DNA of 64,000 nucleotides from Pseudomonadota bacterium (GTDB taxonomy: Bacteria; Pseudomonadota; Alphaproteobacteria; Rhodobacterales; Rhodobacteraceae). The notes beneath the pieces are model-generated. The model did no database searches, had not been told where the DNA came from, and saw nothing but the letters and a program-made list of their open reading frames with translations. Below are positions 21,847 to 31,113 of this stretch, piece after piece (the stretch's first letter is position 1; the number at the start of each line of letters is the position of its first letter). The position numbers and the translations under genes are program-made. The DNA lies in NCBI GenBank assembly GCA_039815465.1, contig JBCBZG010000018.1, positions 21,377 to 85,376 on the forward strand. Direction: 5' to 3'.

Positions 21847-22656
21847 GGCGCGGATGTCGGCGGGGGTGGCGCCCTTTGCCCGGTAGGTGTCGATTGCGCG
21901 GGCGTCGTCGCGTTTGGCGAGCCGCTTGCCCGCCGCGTCGCGGATCAGGCGGTGGTGGTGGTAGCGCGGTGGGGCGTGGCCGAGGAGCGCTAGGATCAGG
22001 ACTTGGATGGGGGTGAAGTCAAAAAGGTCGTCGCCCCGGATCACGTCTGTGATTTCCTCGTGGATGTCGTCGAGGGCGGAGGCGAGGAAGTAGGCCACGA
22101 CCCCATCCTTGCGGCCCACCACGACGTCGCCGGATATCTGAGCAAGTGCGGTCGGGTCCGTCTGGTGGCGGCCTCGATGCGTGGGACCTGTCTCGTCGAA
22201 GGTGGGCAGGCCGATGTGATCTATGGCGCGGGCGAGGTCGAGGCGGAGCGCGTCGCCGGCTTGGCGGTCGGCCATGGCTCGGCCGCGGCAGGTGCCAGGG
22301 TAGGCGCCGGGCAGGTGGCCTTCTTGCGGGGCGGAGAGGGCCGCGCGGATGTCGGCGCGTGAGCAGGAGCAGGGGTAGAGGAGGTTCATGGCCTCCAGCT
22401 GCTCAAGCGCAGCTTGGTAGCGGGGCAGGTGCTGGGACTGGCGGAGCGGGGGCTCTGGCCAAGTGAGGCCAAGCCATTCTAGGTCGTCTTCGACCTGCTG
22501 TATCCAGTGATCCTTGGAGCGTTCGAAATCGGTGTCCTCGTGGCGCAACAGGAACGTGCCGCCCGCGTCGCGGGCCATGTCGTGGGCGAGAATCGCGGAG
22601 TAGGCGTGACCGAGGTGCAGCGGCCCCGTGGGGGACGGCGCGAAGCGGGTGATCAT
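21832..22656 (-). CDS. gluQ: tRNA glutamyl-Q(34) synthetase
   Basis: 274 aa. A truncated GluRS catalytic domain ([18 protein letters not shown]) with no anticodon-binding domain. Confidence 0.9.
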   Translation of the reverse strand: MITRFAPSPTGPLHLGHAYSAILAHDMARDAGGTFLLRHEDTDFERSKDHWIQQVEDDLEWLGLTWPEPPLRQSQHLPRYQAALEQLEAMNLLYPCSCSRADIRAALSAPQEGHLPGAYPGTCRGRAMADRQAGDALRLDLARAIDHIGLPTFDETGPTHRGRHQTDPTALAQISGDVVVGRKDGVVAYFLASALDDIHEEITDVIRGDDLFDFTPIQVLILALLGHAPPRYHHHRLIRDAAGKRLAKRDDARAIDTYRAKGATPADIRALVGL

Positions 22657-23267
22657 TGGCGGCGCAGGACGATGACGTCGGAGCCGGTGACTTTCTCGCT
22701 CAGATGCGGGCCGTGCTCGCGGGAGATCAGGGTGGCGGTGCCGGAGGCCAGGACCGCGTCGAGGGCGGCGATGTAGCTGGCGTCTTCGAGCGTTGGGTCG
22801 TTGTAGCTGAAGGCGAGGATGCCAGTGGGGAGGAGGGCGGAGAGGAGCGTGCCCAGCATCTCCGGCGTGGCGGCGCCGAGGGAGACGACGCCGGTGGCGA
22901 TGATGATCCCGTAGGTGCCGGGGATGATGCCAACCTCTCCTGGGGTGCCGACCCAGAGGTCGCGGTAGCAGCCTTTGCCGTGGGCCTGAGCGAGCATGGG
23001 CTCGGAGATGTCGGTGCCGTCGATGACCGTGAACCCTTCATGGGCCATGGCCTGACCTGAGAGCCCGGTGCCGCAGCCGAAATCGAGCACGGGGACGGAG
23101 CGGTCGGGGACGGCGGCGGCCACGGCGGCGGCGATGCGGGCCGGGGTGGCGTAGTTCATGGCCAGCACGTCGGCCTCGTAGGTGGCGGCCCAGTCGGCGT
23201 AGACGGCCTGGGTGTCTTTCACCGATCTGGGGGTCCAGAGTTTGGGCTGAAATGTCTCGTGTACCAT
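22653..23267 (-). CDS. class I SAM-dependent methyltransferase, substrate unknown
   Basis: Trimmed to ATG 23267 (MVHETF...). Motif I is VLDFGCGTGLSG. The stop overlaps the gluQ start (ATGA), and the gene begins 23 nt after trmFO. Confidence 0.85.
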   Translation of the reverse strand: MVHETFQPKLWTPRSVKDTQAVYADWAATYEADVLAMNYATPARIAAAVAAAVPDRSVPVLDFGCGTGLSGQAMAHEGFTVIDGTDISEPMLAQAHGKGCYRDLWVGTPGEVGIIPGTYGIIIATGVVSLGAATPEMLGTLLSALLPTGILAFSYNDPTLEDASYIAALDAVLASGTATLISREHGPHLSEKVTGSDVIVLRRQ

Positions 23268-23290
23268 AGCCTCGAGCCTAGACGGGCCGG

Positions 23291-24643
23291 TTAGGCGGCG
23301 TCTAGGGCCTCCGCTCCGAGCCAGCCCAGAAAATCGGCCTTCGCCCGGTCGGTATAGGCCTTGTAACGGGCCGGGCGGTTCTTGCGTCCGCCCCTCACAT
23401 CGATGGGGGGGAAGAGGCCGAAATTGACGTTCATCGGCTGAAAGGTTTTCGCCTCCGCTCCGCCAGTGATGTGGGTGATCAAAGCGCCCATGGCGGTGGT
23501 TGGCGGGGGGGCGGAAATGGTTTCGCCGCGAAACGCTGCGCACGCTAAGCGCCCGGCGAGGAGGCCCATGGCCGCGCTTTCGACGTAGCCTTCGACGCCC
23601 GTGATCTGGCCTGCGAAGCGGATATTCGGGCGTGATTTCAGGCGCATGGAGCCGTCAAGTAAAGTCGGCGAATTGAGGAATGTGTTGCGGTGGATGCCGC
23701 CCAGGCGCGCAAATTCGGCATGTTGCAGGCCGGGGATCAAACGCAACACCTCTTTTTGCGCTTTGTACTTCATTTTTGTCTGAAAGCCGACAATATTATA
23801 CAGCGTTCCCAGGGCGTTATCCCGACGAAGTTGAACCACTGCGTGAGCTTTAACGTCTGGTTCATGGGGGTTTGTGAGACCCACTGGTTTCATCGGTCCG
23901 TGGCGGAGCGTTTCGCGGCCCCGTTCGGCCATCACCTCGATGGGCAAGCAGCCGTCGAAATAGCCTGCGGTTTCGCCCGGTTTGAACTCCGTTTTCTCCG
24001 CGGCGAGCAGGGCGTCGATGAAGGCCTCGTACTGGTCCTTTGTCATCGGGCAGTTGAGGTAGGCGCGGCGTTCTTCCTCCGTCTCGCCCTTGTCGTAGCG
24101 GGACTGCATCCACGCCTGATCCATATCGATAGACTCGGCATAGATGATGGGCGCGATGGCGTCGAAGAAAGCGAGTGCCTCGGTGCCTGTTTCGGCGCGG
24201 ATCGCTTGGGCCAGTTTGTCGGACGTCAGCGGGCCTGTGGCGATGATCCATTCGCCTGTGTCGGGGAGGGTGTCGATTTCCTCGTATGACACGGACACGT
24301 TGGGCAGCGATTTGAGCCGTGCGGTGACGCTTTCGGCGAAAGGCTCGCGATCCACGGCCAGCGCGCCGCCAGCGGGGAGGCGGTGTTTATCGGCCATCTC
24401 CATGATCAGCCCGCCTGCCTGGCGCATTTCCCAGTGGAGAAGACCCACGGCGTTTTGTTCGTCATCGTCAGAGCGGAAGGAGTTGGAGCAGACCATTTCG
24501 CCTAGATTGCCGGTCTGGTGGGCAAATGTGCCGACCTTTGGCCGCATTTCGTGGATCACGACATCGACGCCTGCGCGCGCGGCTTGCCAGGCGGCCTCGG
24601 ACCCGGCCATGCCGCCGCCTACGATATGGAGTTTGTCTGTCAT
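23291..24643 (-). CDS. trmFO: methylenetetrahydrofolate--tRNA-(uracil54-C5)-methyltransferase
   Basis: 450 aa with the FAD motif [13 protein letters not shown]. Gid/TrmFO-like throughout. Confidence 0.95.
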   Translation of the reverse strand: MTDKLHIVGGGMAGSEAAWQAARAGVDVVIHEMRPKVGTFAHQTGNLGEMVCSNSFRSDDDEQNAVGLLHWEMRQAGGLIMEMADKHRLPAGGALAVDREPFAESVTARLKSLPNVSVSYEEIDTLPDTGEWIIATGPLTSDKLAQAIRAETGTEALAFFDAIAPIIYAESIDMDQAWMQSRYDKGETEEERRAYLNCPMTKDQYEAFIDALLAAEKTEFKPGETAGYFDGCLPIEVMAERGRETLRHGPMKPVGLTNPHEPDVKAHAVVQLRRDNALGTLYNIVGFQTKMKYKAQKEVLRLIPGLQHAEFARLGGIHRNTFLNSPTLLDGSMRLKSRPNIRFAGQITGVEGYVESAAMGLLAGRLACAAFRGETISAPPPTTAMGALITHITGGAEAKTFQPMNVNFGLFPPIDVRGGRKNRPARYKAYTDRAKADFLGWLGAEALDAA

Positions 24644-24680
24644 GGGCGCGATTTAGGGTCCATCGAGGCGAAAGGAAAGC

Positions 24681-25466
24681 TCACTGGTCCCATTCCGGCG
24701 GGCGTTTTTCGAGGAAGGCTTGCACGCCTTCGGCAGTGTCGGCCTGGGCCATGTTTTCGACCATGACGGCGCCAGTGTAGTCGTAGGCGTCCGCGAGGGG
24801 CATTTCGATCTGGCGGTAGAACGCCTCCTTGCCGATTTTAACGGCGCTGCCGAGTTTGGACGCGATCTGGGCGGCGAGGGCGGCGGTTTCTGCGTCGAGC
24901 CGTTCAGGGGCCACGACGCGGTTGATGAGCCCTGCGTCGCGGGCCTGGTCCGCGGTGAGGAAGTCGCCCGTCGTCAGCATTTCGAACGCGTGTTTGCGGG
25001 GGATATTGCGGCTAAGCGCCACCATGGGGGTGGAGCAGAAGAGGCCGATATTGACGCCGTTGACGCCGAACCGGGTGCCTGCGGCGGCCACGGCGAGGTC
25101 GGCGGAAGCGACGAGCTGGCAGCCCGCGGCGGTGGCGATGCCGTGGGCCTGGGCGATGACCGGTTGGGGCAGGGTGGGGATCGTCTGCATCATGGTGGCG
25201 CAGCGATCGAACAGGTCCTTCCACGCGGCGCGCCCGCCATCGGGCCCTTGCCGGGCGGCCTGCATTTCGCGGAGGTCGTGGCCCGCGCAGAATGCTTTGC
25301 CCGTGCCGCGCAGCACGATGACGCGGGCGCTGCGGTCGCCCTTGAGCTCATCAAACGCGTCTTGCAGCGCGGCCAACATCGCGTCGGACAGCGCGTTGAG
25401 CCGTTCGGGCGCGTTCATGGTTAATGTGACGACAGCGCCGTCCTGTGTGCGGTCGAGAATTGACAT
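24681..25466 (-). CDS. enoyl-CoA hydratase/isomerase family protein
   Basis: 261-aa crotonase-fold sequence (LNALS...VIVLRGTGKAFCAGHDL). GGAGGAG RBS. Confidence 0.9.
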   Translation of the reverse strand: MSILDRTQDGAVVTLTMNAPERLNALSDAMLAALQDAFDELKGDRSARVIVLRGTGKAFCAGHDLREMQAARQGPDGGRAAWKDLFDRCATMMQTIPTLPQPVIAQAHGIATAAGCQLVASADLAVAAAGTRFGVNGVNIGLFCSTPMVALSRNIPRKHAFEMLTTGDFLTADQARDAGLINRVVAPERLDAETAALAAQIASKLGSAVKIGKEAFYRQIEMPLADAYDYTGAVMVENMAQADTAEGVQAFLEKRPPEWDQ

Positions 25467-25515
25467 AGGCTCCTCCGTTGCTCACCTACCTAGTGCGAGA
25501 GGCAGGAGGCGCGCA

Positions 25516-25539
25516 ATGGACCCCGTGATGGACCCCGTG
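25516..25539 (+). repeat. perfect 12-bp tandem duplication at the start codon
   Basis: atggaccccgtg atggaccccgtg followed by atg, giving MDPVMDPVM. Confidence 0.9.
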
Positions 25540-25947
25540 ATGACGATCCCCGAGTTGGAGCGCTTTTTGGACGAGGCCTTTCCCCAGGTGGCCGATCAGT
25601 TCGGGGTGGAGGAGATCACCGGCGACGGCATCGTGATCCGCCTGAAGGTGGGGGAGCAGCATTTGCGTCCGGGCGGGACGGTGAGCGGGCCGTCGATGTT
25701 TGGGCTCGCCGATGTGGCGGTGTATTTGGCCGTGCTGAGCCGGATCGGGCCAAAGGCGTTGGCGGTGACGACGAATTGTTCGATTGATTTCATGCGAAAG
25801 CCAGCAGCGGCCACGGATTTGATCGCTGAGTGTCGTTTGCTCAAGCTCGGGCGGGTGCTCGCGGTGGGGGATGCGCTGCTGTTTTCGGAGGGGATGGCGG
25901 CGCCGGTGGCGCGGGCGACGCTGACCTATTCGATCCCGCCGAAGTAA
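25516..25947 (+). CDS. PaaI-family (hotdog) thioesterase
   Basis: 143 aa from the first ATG, with GGCAGGAGG 6 nt upstream. The pattern LRPGGTVSGPSMFGLADVA...GDALLFSE is PaaI-like. Confidence 0.85.
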   Translation: MDPVMDPVMTIPELERFLDEAFPQVADQFGVEEITGDGIVIRLKVGEQHLRPGGTVSGPSMFGLADVAVYLAVLSRIGPKALAVTTNCSIDFMRKPAAATDLIAECRLLKLGRVLAVGDALLFSEGMAAPVARATLTYSIPPK

Positions 25948-26051
25948 GCGTTCTACAAATTATGAAGGTGTCTCAGTTGTAGGCTTAGGGATGTCCCCGT
26001 CCGAGGGGGGCATTTCGGCCGCGTCGCGTCTAATCTCAGATTTCAAGATCA

Positions 26052-26080
26052 CAAAAAAGGACGGGGCCGAAGCCCCGCCA
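26052..26080 (-). terminator. intrinsic terminator of the DUF1127 gene
   Basis: The minus strand reads ggcggggc-ttcg-gccccgtcc followed by tttttt. Confidence 0.55.
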
Positions 26081-26095
26081 GGTCAGGAAGATCGT

Positions 26096-26323
26096 TTAGC
26101 GTTGCCAGAAGGGCTTATACGCCTCTTTGTTCGCAGCCTCTTGGGAGAGCCCGACATCGCGGAGGAGGTAGGGGGGCAGCTCCTTGAGCGTTGTGCGGGT
26201 GCGGCTGCGCACAGTCCAATGGGTTACAATGAGCGCGGCGACGATGAGCACGCCAGCCAGCGGGGGAATGCGGCCGGAATCCAAGCGCTTAAGCGCGGTC
26301 TGGGTGAGGGTAAGCGTGGTCAT
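26096..26323 (-). CDS. DUF1127 domain-containing small protein with N-terminal hydrophobic segment
   Basis: Trimmed to MTTLTLTQ... (75 aa). The C-terminus LKELPPYLLRDVGLSQEAANKEAYKPFW matches the DUF1127 pattern. Confidence 0.75.
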   Translation of the reverse strand: MTTLTLTQTALKRLDSGRIPPLAGVLIVAALIVTHWTVRSRTRTTLKELPPYLLRDVGLSQEAANKEAYKPFWQR

Positions 26324-26345
26324 TTTCGGACCCTCCTTTGCAACT

Positions 26346-26359
26346 TTGTATTGATACAA
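26346..26359. promoter_or_regulatory. palindrome TTGTAT-TG-ATACAA, candidate GntR/MocR operator
   Basis: Perfect 6-bp inverted repeat in the 101-nt AT-rich divergent spacer. It fits the general GntR-type GT-Nx-AC operator shape. Confidence 0.3.
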
Positions 26360-26424
26360 TGCCATCCTCTGTGGCATATGTATGAGTACATTGAGTCTTT
26401 GTACCGCTCCAGGAGAATATTGTA

Positions 26425-27849
26425 ATGGATACAAAATGGGTCGAAGGCCTCACATTCCGCGAGGGGCCGAAATACATGGTCGTGCGGGATGCGATCGCGC
26501 GGGCGGTGGAGTTGGGGCACCTGGATACGGGCGCGAAGCTGCCCCCGGTGCGGGATCTGGCCTACCGGCTGTCGATCACGCCGGGCACTGTGGCGCGGGC
26601 CTATTCGATCCTGACGGACCAGGGCGTGCTGCGCGGCGAGGTCGGGCGCGGGACGTTCGTGGCCGACACAAAGACCGCCTTTTTGCCCGAGGTGCCGAGC
26701 GAGGGGCGACCGGCGACCTATTACGACCCGGTGCCCCACGGTACGGCGCTCGACGATGGGCCGGTGTCGCTGATGTCGCCGGGGATCGCGAATAGGGGGC
26801 AGGCGGAGTATCTGCGCAAGCTCCTGACGGAGGTCGCGCAAGACCCGCCGTCTGGGCTCATGCATTACCCCACCCGCGAGAGCTTTCGCGCGGTGCGGGA
26901 GGCCGCCAAACACTGGTTGCGTCATGCGAACCTTGGGACACTCGATGAGATTGATATCGTGATGGCTCATGGCGGGCAGAATGCGATCCTACTGGTGATG
27001 CAAGCTGTGCTGCGGGGGCGGCGCCCTACCGTGCTGGTGGAGGAGCTGTCCTATGCCGGGTTCCGCCGGGCGGCGCAGCTTTTGCGCGCCGATGTGGTGC
27101 CCGTGGCCATGGACGCCCACGGCATCATCCCCAGCGCGCTGGAGGCCGCGGCGGGCCCTGAGGCGCAGCTGTTGTGCATGACACCGAACCTGCACAATCC
27201 CACCTGCCTGTTTACGCCCGAGTGGCGGCGCAGGGAGATCGCGGCGGTGGCGCGGCGGTGCAATTTCCACATTCTGGAGGATGACTGGTATCAGGTGCCG
27301 GGCCTGCCTGCGCCGAGCTACCGGCAGCTTGCGCCGGAGCGGTCGTGGTATGTCTCCTCCATTTCCAAACTCGTGACGCCGTCGCTTCGGATTGGATTTG
27401 CGGTGTCGCCGCCTGGGGGCGGGCGGCATTTGCGGCGCGCGGCGGAGGATGGGTTTTTCGGGCTGGCGACGGTGCTCGCGGATGTGGCGGCCAAGATGAT
27501 GACCGACCCGGTTGTGGAGGCGCTCGTGGACGATGTGCGCGCCACCTACCGGGAGCGCATTCAGGTGCTACTGAACCATCTGGGCGGTTACGACATCACC
27601 TGGCAGACGGACGCGCCGATTTGCTGGCTGAGACTGCCGGAAGGGTGGCGGACCACGGCGTTTTGCACGGCTGCGGAGGCGCAGGGGGTGCGGGTGCGCA
27701 GTGGGGAGGATTTTGCCCCGCGGGAAGCGAACACGCCGCAAGCGGTGCGGATCGCGCTCAATGCGTCGATCCCGTTGGAGCGGTTTGAGGCCGCAGCGCG
27801 GAGCTTGCGGGACCTGCTCGATACGCCGCCGGAGCGGGTGGGGGTTTAG
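26425..27849 (+). CDS. MocR-type regulator (GntR wHTH + PLP aminotransferase-like domain)
   Basis: 474 aa. The N-terminal KLPPVRDLAYRLSITPGTVARAY helix-turn-helix is followed by a long fold-type-I aminotransferase-like C-terminus. Confidence 0.9.
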   Translation: MDTKWVEGLTFREGPKYMVVRDAIARAVELGHLDTGAKLPPVRDLAYRLSITPGTVARAYSILTDQGVLRGEVGRGTFVADTKTAFLPEVPSEGRPATYYDPVPHGTALDDGPVSLMSPGIANRGQAEYLRKLLTEVAQDPPSGLMHYPTRESFRAVREAAKHWLRHANLGTLDEIDIVMAHGGQNAILLVMQAVLRGRRPTVLVEELSYAGFRRAAQLLRADVVPVAMDAHGIIPSALEAAAGPEAQLLCMTPNLHNPTCLFTPEWRRREIAAVARRCNFHILEDDWYQVPGLPAPSYRQLAPERSWYVSSISKLVTPSLRIGFAVSPPGGGRHLRRAAEDGFFGLATVLADVAAKMMTDPVVEALVDDVRATYRERIQVLLNHLGGYDITWQTDAPICWLRLPEGWRTTAFCTAAEAQGVRVRSGEDFAPREANTPQAVRIALNASIPLERFEAAARSLRDLLDTPPERVGV

Positions 27850-27900
27850 GATTGGGACTGCACGGTGACGTCCATCAGGCACGCGACCCAGATCGCACGT

Positions 27901-28929
27901 TTAGGGCAACCCAAGCGCACCCCACGCGATGCCCACACCGATAGCCATCGCCGACAGCGTTGCGGCGTAGCCAAAAAGCTTGGCCGTTGAAAACGGACGC
28001 TCCCCAAAGGTTGTGCCGTGGAGCCCGCAGGCCACGACTTTGTAGGGCGTGCCTTTGTAGGTGTAATGCACGATCCAAACGGGCAGCAGGATGCGGCGGT
28101 AGCGGATGCCTGTGGTGTCGGTTTCAAACCGGATATTGCTGAGCCGCTCTGCCGTGGCCTGCTGGATGCGGTTTTTGATCAACACGGCTTTGTCGGCCTC
28201 ATTGGCGGTTAGCCCGTCGGCCACGGACATATGGTGACGCTCGGCGGCAAAGCCCGCGATGTAGCCCGGGTGGTAGGGGCGCAGCTTTGACGGGTCAAAA
28301 TCGTGCAAGACCCCGTCGCGGATCAAGGGCGTGATATGGGGCGAGGCGGGCGCGAGCAGGTCGTCGAAGGCAAGGCGCAGGTTCCCGCGTTTCGTGCGGT
28401 GGTGTTTGCCGGACTTGTAACGCCCGGTGTACCGGACGAACTCCTTGCAATCGAAGGTAAAGAACGGCGCGTAAAGGCCCACCAATTTGCCGCTTTCAAG
28501 GGCTTGGGGTAGGTCTGCGGGGGCGGCGTGGCGGCCTGCGATCCAGGCCCGGGCGTTGTGCCACCCTGTGTCTTCGACCTGCTCAAAAGGGATCAGGGCC
28601 ATGGTCCCATATTCGGCGGCGCCTGTGGTCACGACGGCCGGTCCATCGCAATAGGGGCAGCGTTGGGCGAGGGATTGACCGGGAAAGATCACTTCGCCGC
28701 CGCAGGTTGCGCAGCCATGGATCAGGTCAGTGGGCGGATGTGGTGCGTCGGGGGCTGCGGGGTCGTGGGCAAAGTCGTCTGTCGCGTCAATGGCGGGGTC
28801 GCGGGGAATGGGGTGGACGCTGCCACAGCTGTCGCAGGTCAGGGCGCCTGCGTCGGGCGCATAGCGACGCTGGCCACCGCAGTCGGGGCATTGCAATTCC
28901 CCTTGGGCGATATCGGGGGACACAGACAT
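27901..28929 (-). CDS. double zinc-ribbon protein with C-terminal TM anchor, function unknown
   Basis: 342 aa with two CxxC...CxxC ribbons (CPDCGG...CDSCGS and CATCGG...CPYCDG) and a C-terminal helix LFGYAATLSAMAIGVGIAWGALGL. Confidence 0.75.
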   Translation of the reverse strand: MSVSPDIAQGELQCPDCGGQRRYAPDAGALTCDSCGSVHPIPRDPAIDATDDFAHDPAAPDAPHPPTDLIHGCATCGGEVIFPGQSLAQRCPYCDGPAVVTTGAAEYGTMALIPFEQVEDTGWHNARAWIAGRHAAPADLPQALESGKLVGLYAPFFTFDCKEFVRYTGRYKSGKHHRTKRGNLRLAFDDLLAPASPHITPLIRDGVLHDFDPSKLRPYHPGYIAGFAAERHHMSVADGLTANEADKAVLIKNRIQQATAERLSNIRFETDTTGIRYRRILLPVWIVHYTYKGTPYKVVACGLHGTTFGERPFSTAKLFGYAATLSAMAIGVGIAWGALGLP

Positions 28930-29246
28930 CAGTCGGCGGCGGCCCCGATAAGCTCAATGAGCAGCCAAAGCCGCAGTTCAGAGCGGTTAATCGCGCCCTC
29001 AAGATCACCCGTGGCGCCCCAATTGCCGATGATCGTCCCGCCAAACCAAAGCACCGCGAGCCAAAGCAGGACCCAAAACCACCCTGCCAGGGCGCGCAAC
29101 TGCGAGGCGGAGCCTTGTTTGAGGCCATGGCGGGCCTCCCCCATGGTGATGAGCTTTTTGGAGGCGCCGTAGCCAACAAGCGTGCCCCCCGCCAAAAGCG
29201 CGAGCGCCGCGAGCGCGGGAAGGAGGAGGTCGGCGAGGGGTGTCAT
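28929..29246 (-). CDS. small membrane protein (105 aa), translationally coupled to the zinc-ribbon gene
   Basis: Has two or three hydrophobic helices. Its TGA shares one nt with the downstream ATG (TGATG). The RBS is weak. Confidence 0.55.
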   Translation of the reverse strand: MTPLADLLLPALAALALLAGGTLVGYGASKKLITMGEARHGLKQGSASQLRALAGWFWVLLWLAVLWFGGTIIGNWGATGDLEGAINRSELRLWLLIELIGAAAD

Positions 29247-29313
29247 GATTGGGGTAAATTGATACCTATTTTCTAAAGTGCTGTTTCAGCGACGTTTTTC
29301 CTGGGTAAATGCG

Positions 29314-29342
29314 CTTGCACTGTGTCACCCGGCCTATATAAC
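29314..29342 (+). promoter_or_regulatory. possible sigma-70 promoter of rplM-rpsI
   Basis: CTTGCA-N17-TATAAC, 38 nt upstream of the rplM ATG. Confidence 0.3.
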
Positions 29343-29379
29343 CGCGCAATCCGAAATCACCACTTCGATGGGTCGACAT

Positions 29380-29838
29380 ATGAAAACCTATACCGCGACG
29401 CCTGCGGATATCGACAAGAAATGGATCATCATTGACGCCGAAGGCGTCGTGCTGGGCCGTCTTGCCTCGATCATCGCGATGCGTCTGAGGGGCAAGCACA
29501 AGCCCACATTCACGCCGCACATGGACATGGGCGACAACGTCATCGTCATCAACGCCGAAAAGGTGCAGCTGACGGGTAAGAAGCGCGAAGAGCGTCATTA
29601 CTGGCACACGGGCCATCCCGGCGGCATCAAGTCGCGCACGAAGGACCAGATGCTGACGGGCGCGCATCCTGAACGGGTTCTGGAGCTGGCTGTGAAGCGT
29701 ATGCTCCCCGGCAACCGCCTGAGCCGCAAGCAGATGACGAACCTGCGCATTTACGCGGGCACCGAGCACCCCCATGAGGCGCAAGCGCCTGAAGTGCTCG
29801 ATGTCAAAGCGATGAACAAGAAAAACACGCGGGTTTAA
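29380..29838 (+). CDS. rplM: 50S ribosomal protein L13
   Basis: Trimmed to [30 protein letters not shown]..., the canonical L13 N-terminus. Confidence 0.97.
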   Translation: MKTYTATPADIDKKWIIIDAEGVVLGRLASIIAMRLRGKHKPTFTPHMDMGDNVIVINAEKVQLTGKKREERHYWHTGHPGGIKSRTKDQMLTGAHPERVLELAVKRMLPGNRLSRKQMTNLRIYAGTEHPHEAQAPEVLDVKAMNKKNTRV

Positions 29839-29841
29839 GAC

Positions 29842-30333
29842 ATGGCTGATCAAATCTCTTCGCTCGATGAGCTGAACACCATCGCCGAAGGCGCCGAAGC
29901 GCCAGAGGTCGAAGTCTCCATCACCCGTGAGCCCGTTCGTGACGAGCTGGGCCGCTCCTACGCCACCGGTAAGCGCAAGGACGCGGTCGCCCGTGTCTGG
30001 ATCAAGCCGGGCTCCGGCAAGGTCATCGTAAACGGCAAGGACCAGGACGCCTATTTCGCGCGTCCGGTTCTGCAGCTGATCCTGCGCCAGCCGTTCCAGG
30101 TTGCGGGCGTCGAGGGTGAGTTCGACGTGATGGCCACCGTCAAGGGCGGCGGTCTGACGGGGCAGGCGGGGGCCGTGAAGCACGGTATCTCCAAAGCGCT
30201 CCAGCTTTATGACCCCGCGCTGCGTGCCCCGCTGAAAGCCGCAGGCTTCCTGACCCGCGACAGCCGCGTGGTGGAACGTAAGAAGTTCGGTAAGGCGAAA
30301 GCACGTAAGAGCTTCCAGTTCTCCAAGCGTTAA
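29842..30333 (+). CDS. rpsI: 30S ribosomal protein S9
   Basis: 163 aa with the C-terminus ...[29 protein letters not shown]. Confidence 0.97.
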   Translation: MADQISSLDELNTIAEGAEAPEVEVSITREPVRDELGRSYATGKRKDAVARVWIKPGSGKVIVNGKDQDAYFARPVLQLILRQPFQVAGVEGEFDVMATVKGGGLTGQAGAVKHGISKALQLYDPALRAPLKAAGFLTRDSRVVERKKFGKAKARKSFQFSKR

Positions 30334-30350
30334 ACGCTGCAACAGTTTGG

Positions 30351-30392
30351 AAAGGCCGCGGGGCGTGTTGCGTCCGGCGGCCTTTTCTTTTG
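30351..30392 (+). terminator. intrinsic terminator of rplM-rpsI
   Basis: Arms aaaggccgc...gcggccttt followed by tcttttg. Confidence 0.6.
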
Positions 30393-30412
30393 TGCGCATG
30401 CCGCGGTTCGAC

Positions 30413-30444
30413 AGAAAAAAGGCGGCCATTCGAAAATGGCCGCC
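30413..30444 (-). terminator. intrinsic terminator of the minus-strand membrane-protein gene
   Basis: The minus strand reads ggcggccatt-ttcg-aatggccgcc followed by ttttttt. Confidence 0.6.
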
Positions 30445-30470
30445 AGTCTCCTGATCCGGACGTCGAGTGG

Positions 30471-30899
30471 CTATGGTGGTGTTTGCCCGGACCAGAATTT
30501 GAACCCTGACCAGCCTTTGCGGTAGGCGGCGCCCGCGCCACCGCCGACAAGCATAAGGAGAACGAGGGGGATGAGCATAAGCGCGACGAGCAGCTCGATC
30601 ATCTGAAATGACTGCGCGCCGCGGTCGCAGAAGAACAAGTTCGACGCAAAGAAAACGGCCCCAAAGCCTGCTACGACCCGGGTGCGGATGCCCACCATGA
30701 TGTAGACCCCCGCCATGATGATCAGCCCTACCTGCGCATAGTGCAGCGCCGAGGGCCGATGCGAACATAGGCAAAACGGGTCCCCTTGGATACCGTGGAT
30801 GGGAAGCCCGCCCAGCGTGTGGCTGAGCGCAAAAATGACGAGCGCGTTGCCTGTCACAATGCGAAAGGTGTTGTGCGCAACATAGGTGAAGGTCGGCAT
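30471..30899 (-). CDS. hypothetical integral membrane protein
   Basis: Trimmed to MPTFTYVAHN... (142 aa). Four hydrophobic segments and its own terminator. Confidence 0.65.
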   Translation of the reverse strand: MPTFTYVAHNTFRIVTGNALVIFALSHTLGGLPIHGIQGDPFCLCSHRPSALHYAQVGLIIMAGVYIMVGIRTRVVAGFGAVFFASNLFFCDRGAQSFQMIELLVALMLIPLVLLMLVGGGAGAAYRKGWSGFKFWSGQTPP

Positions 30900-31113
30900 G
30901 TAAGTTCCTGTTTTATTTATTGTTGACGGAAACGTTTGACCGATACGAGACACTGCCGTGAGCGCGATTGGCGCCTGTTCAGGGTGGACCAGCGGGGGCG
31001 CATGCGTCGATAGGGAATGCTGCAACGATGGCTTTGCGGAATTGAGTGAGGCACCAGGTTGTGTGACCGCCCGCGCATGACGCCCCTAGGCTGAACGGCG
31101 CAATGGCGTTGCC

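Noticed and set aside
29266-30774. 502-aa minus-strand ORF spanning rplM-rpsI and both terminators
   Set aside because: It is antisense to two ribosomal protein genes and runs through intergenic hairpins. Its low-complexity Arg/His/Leu composition marks it as a high-GC artefact.
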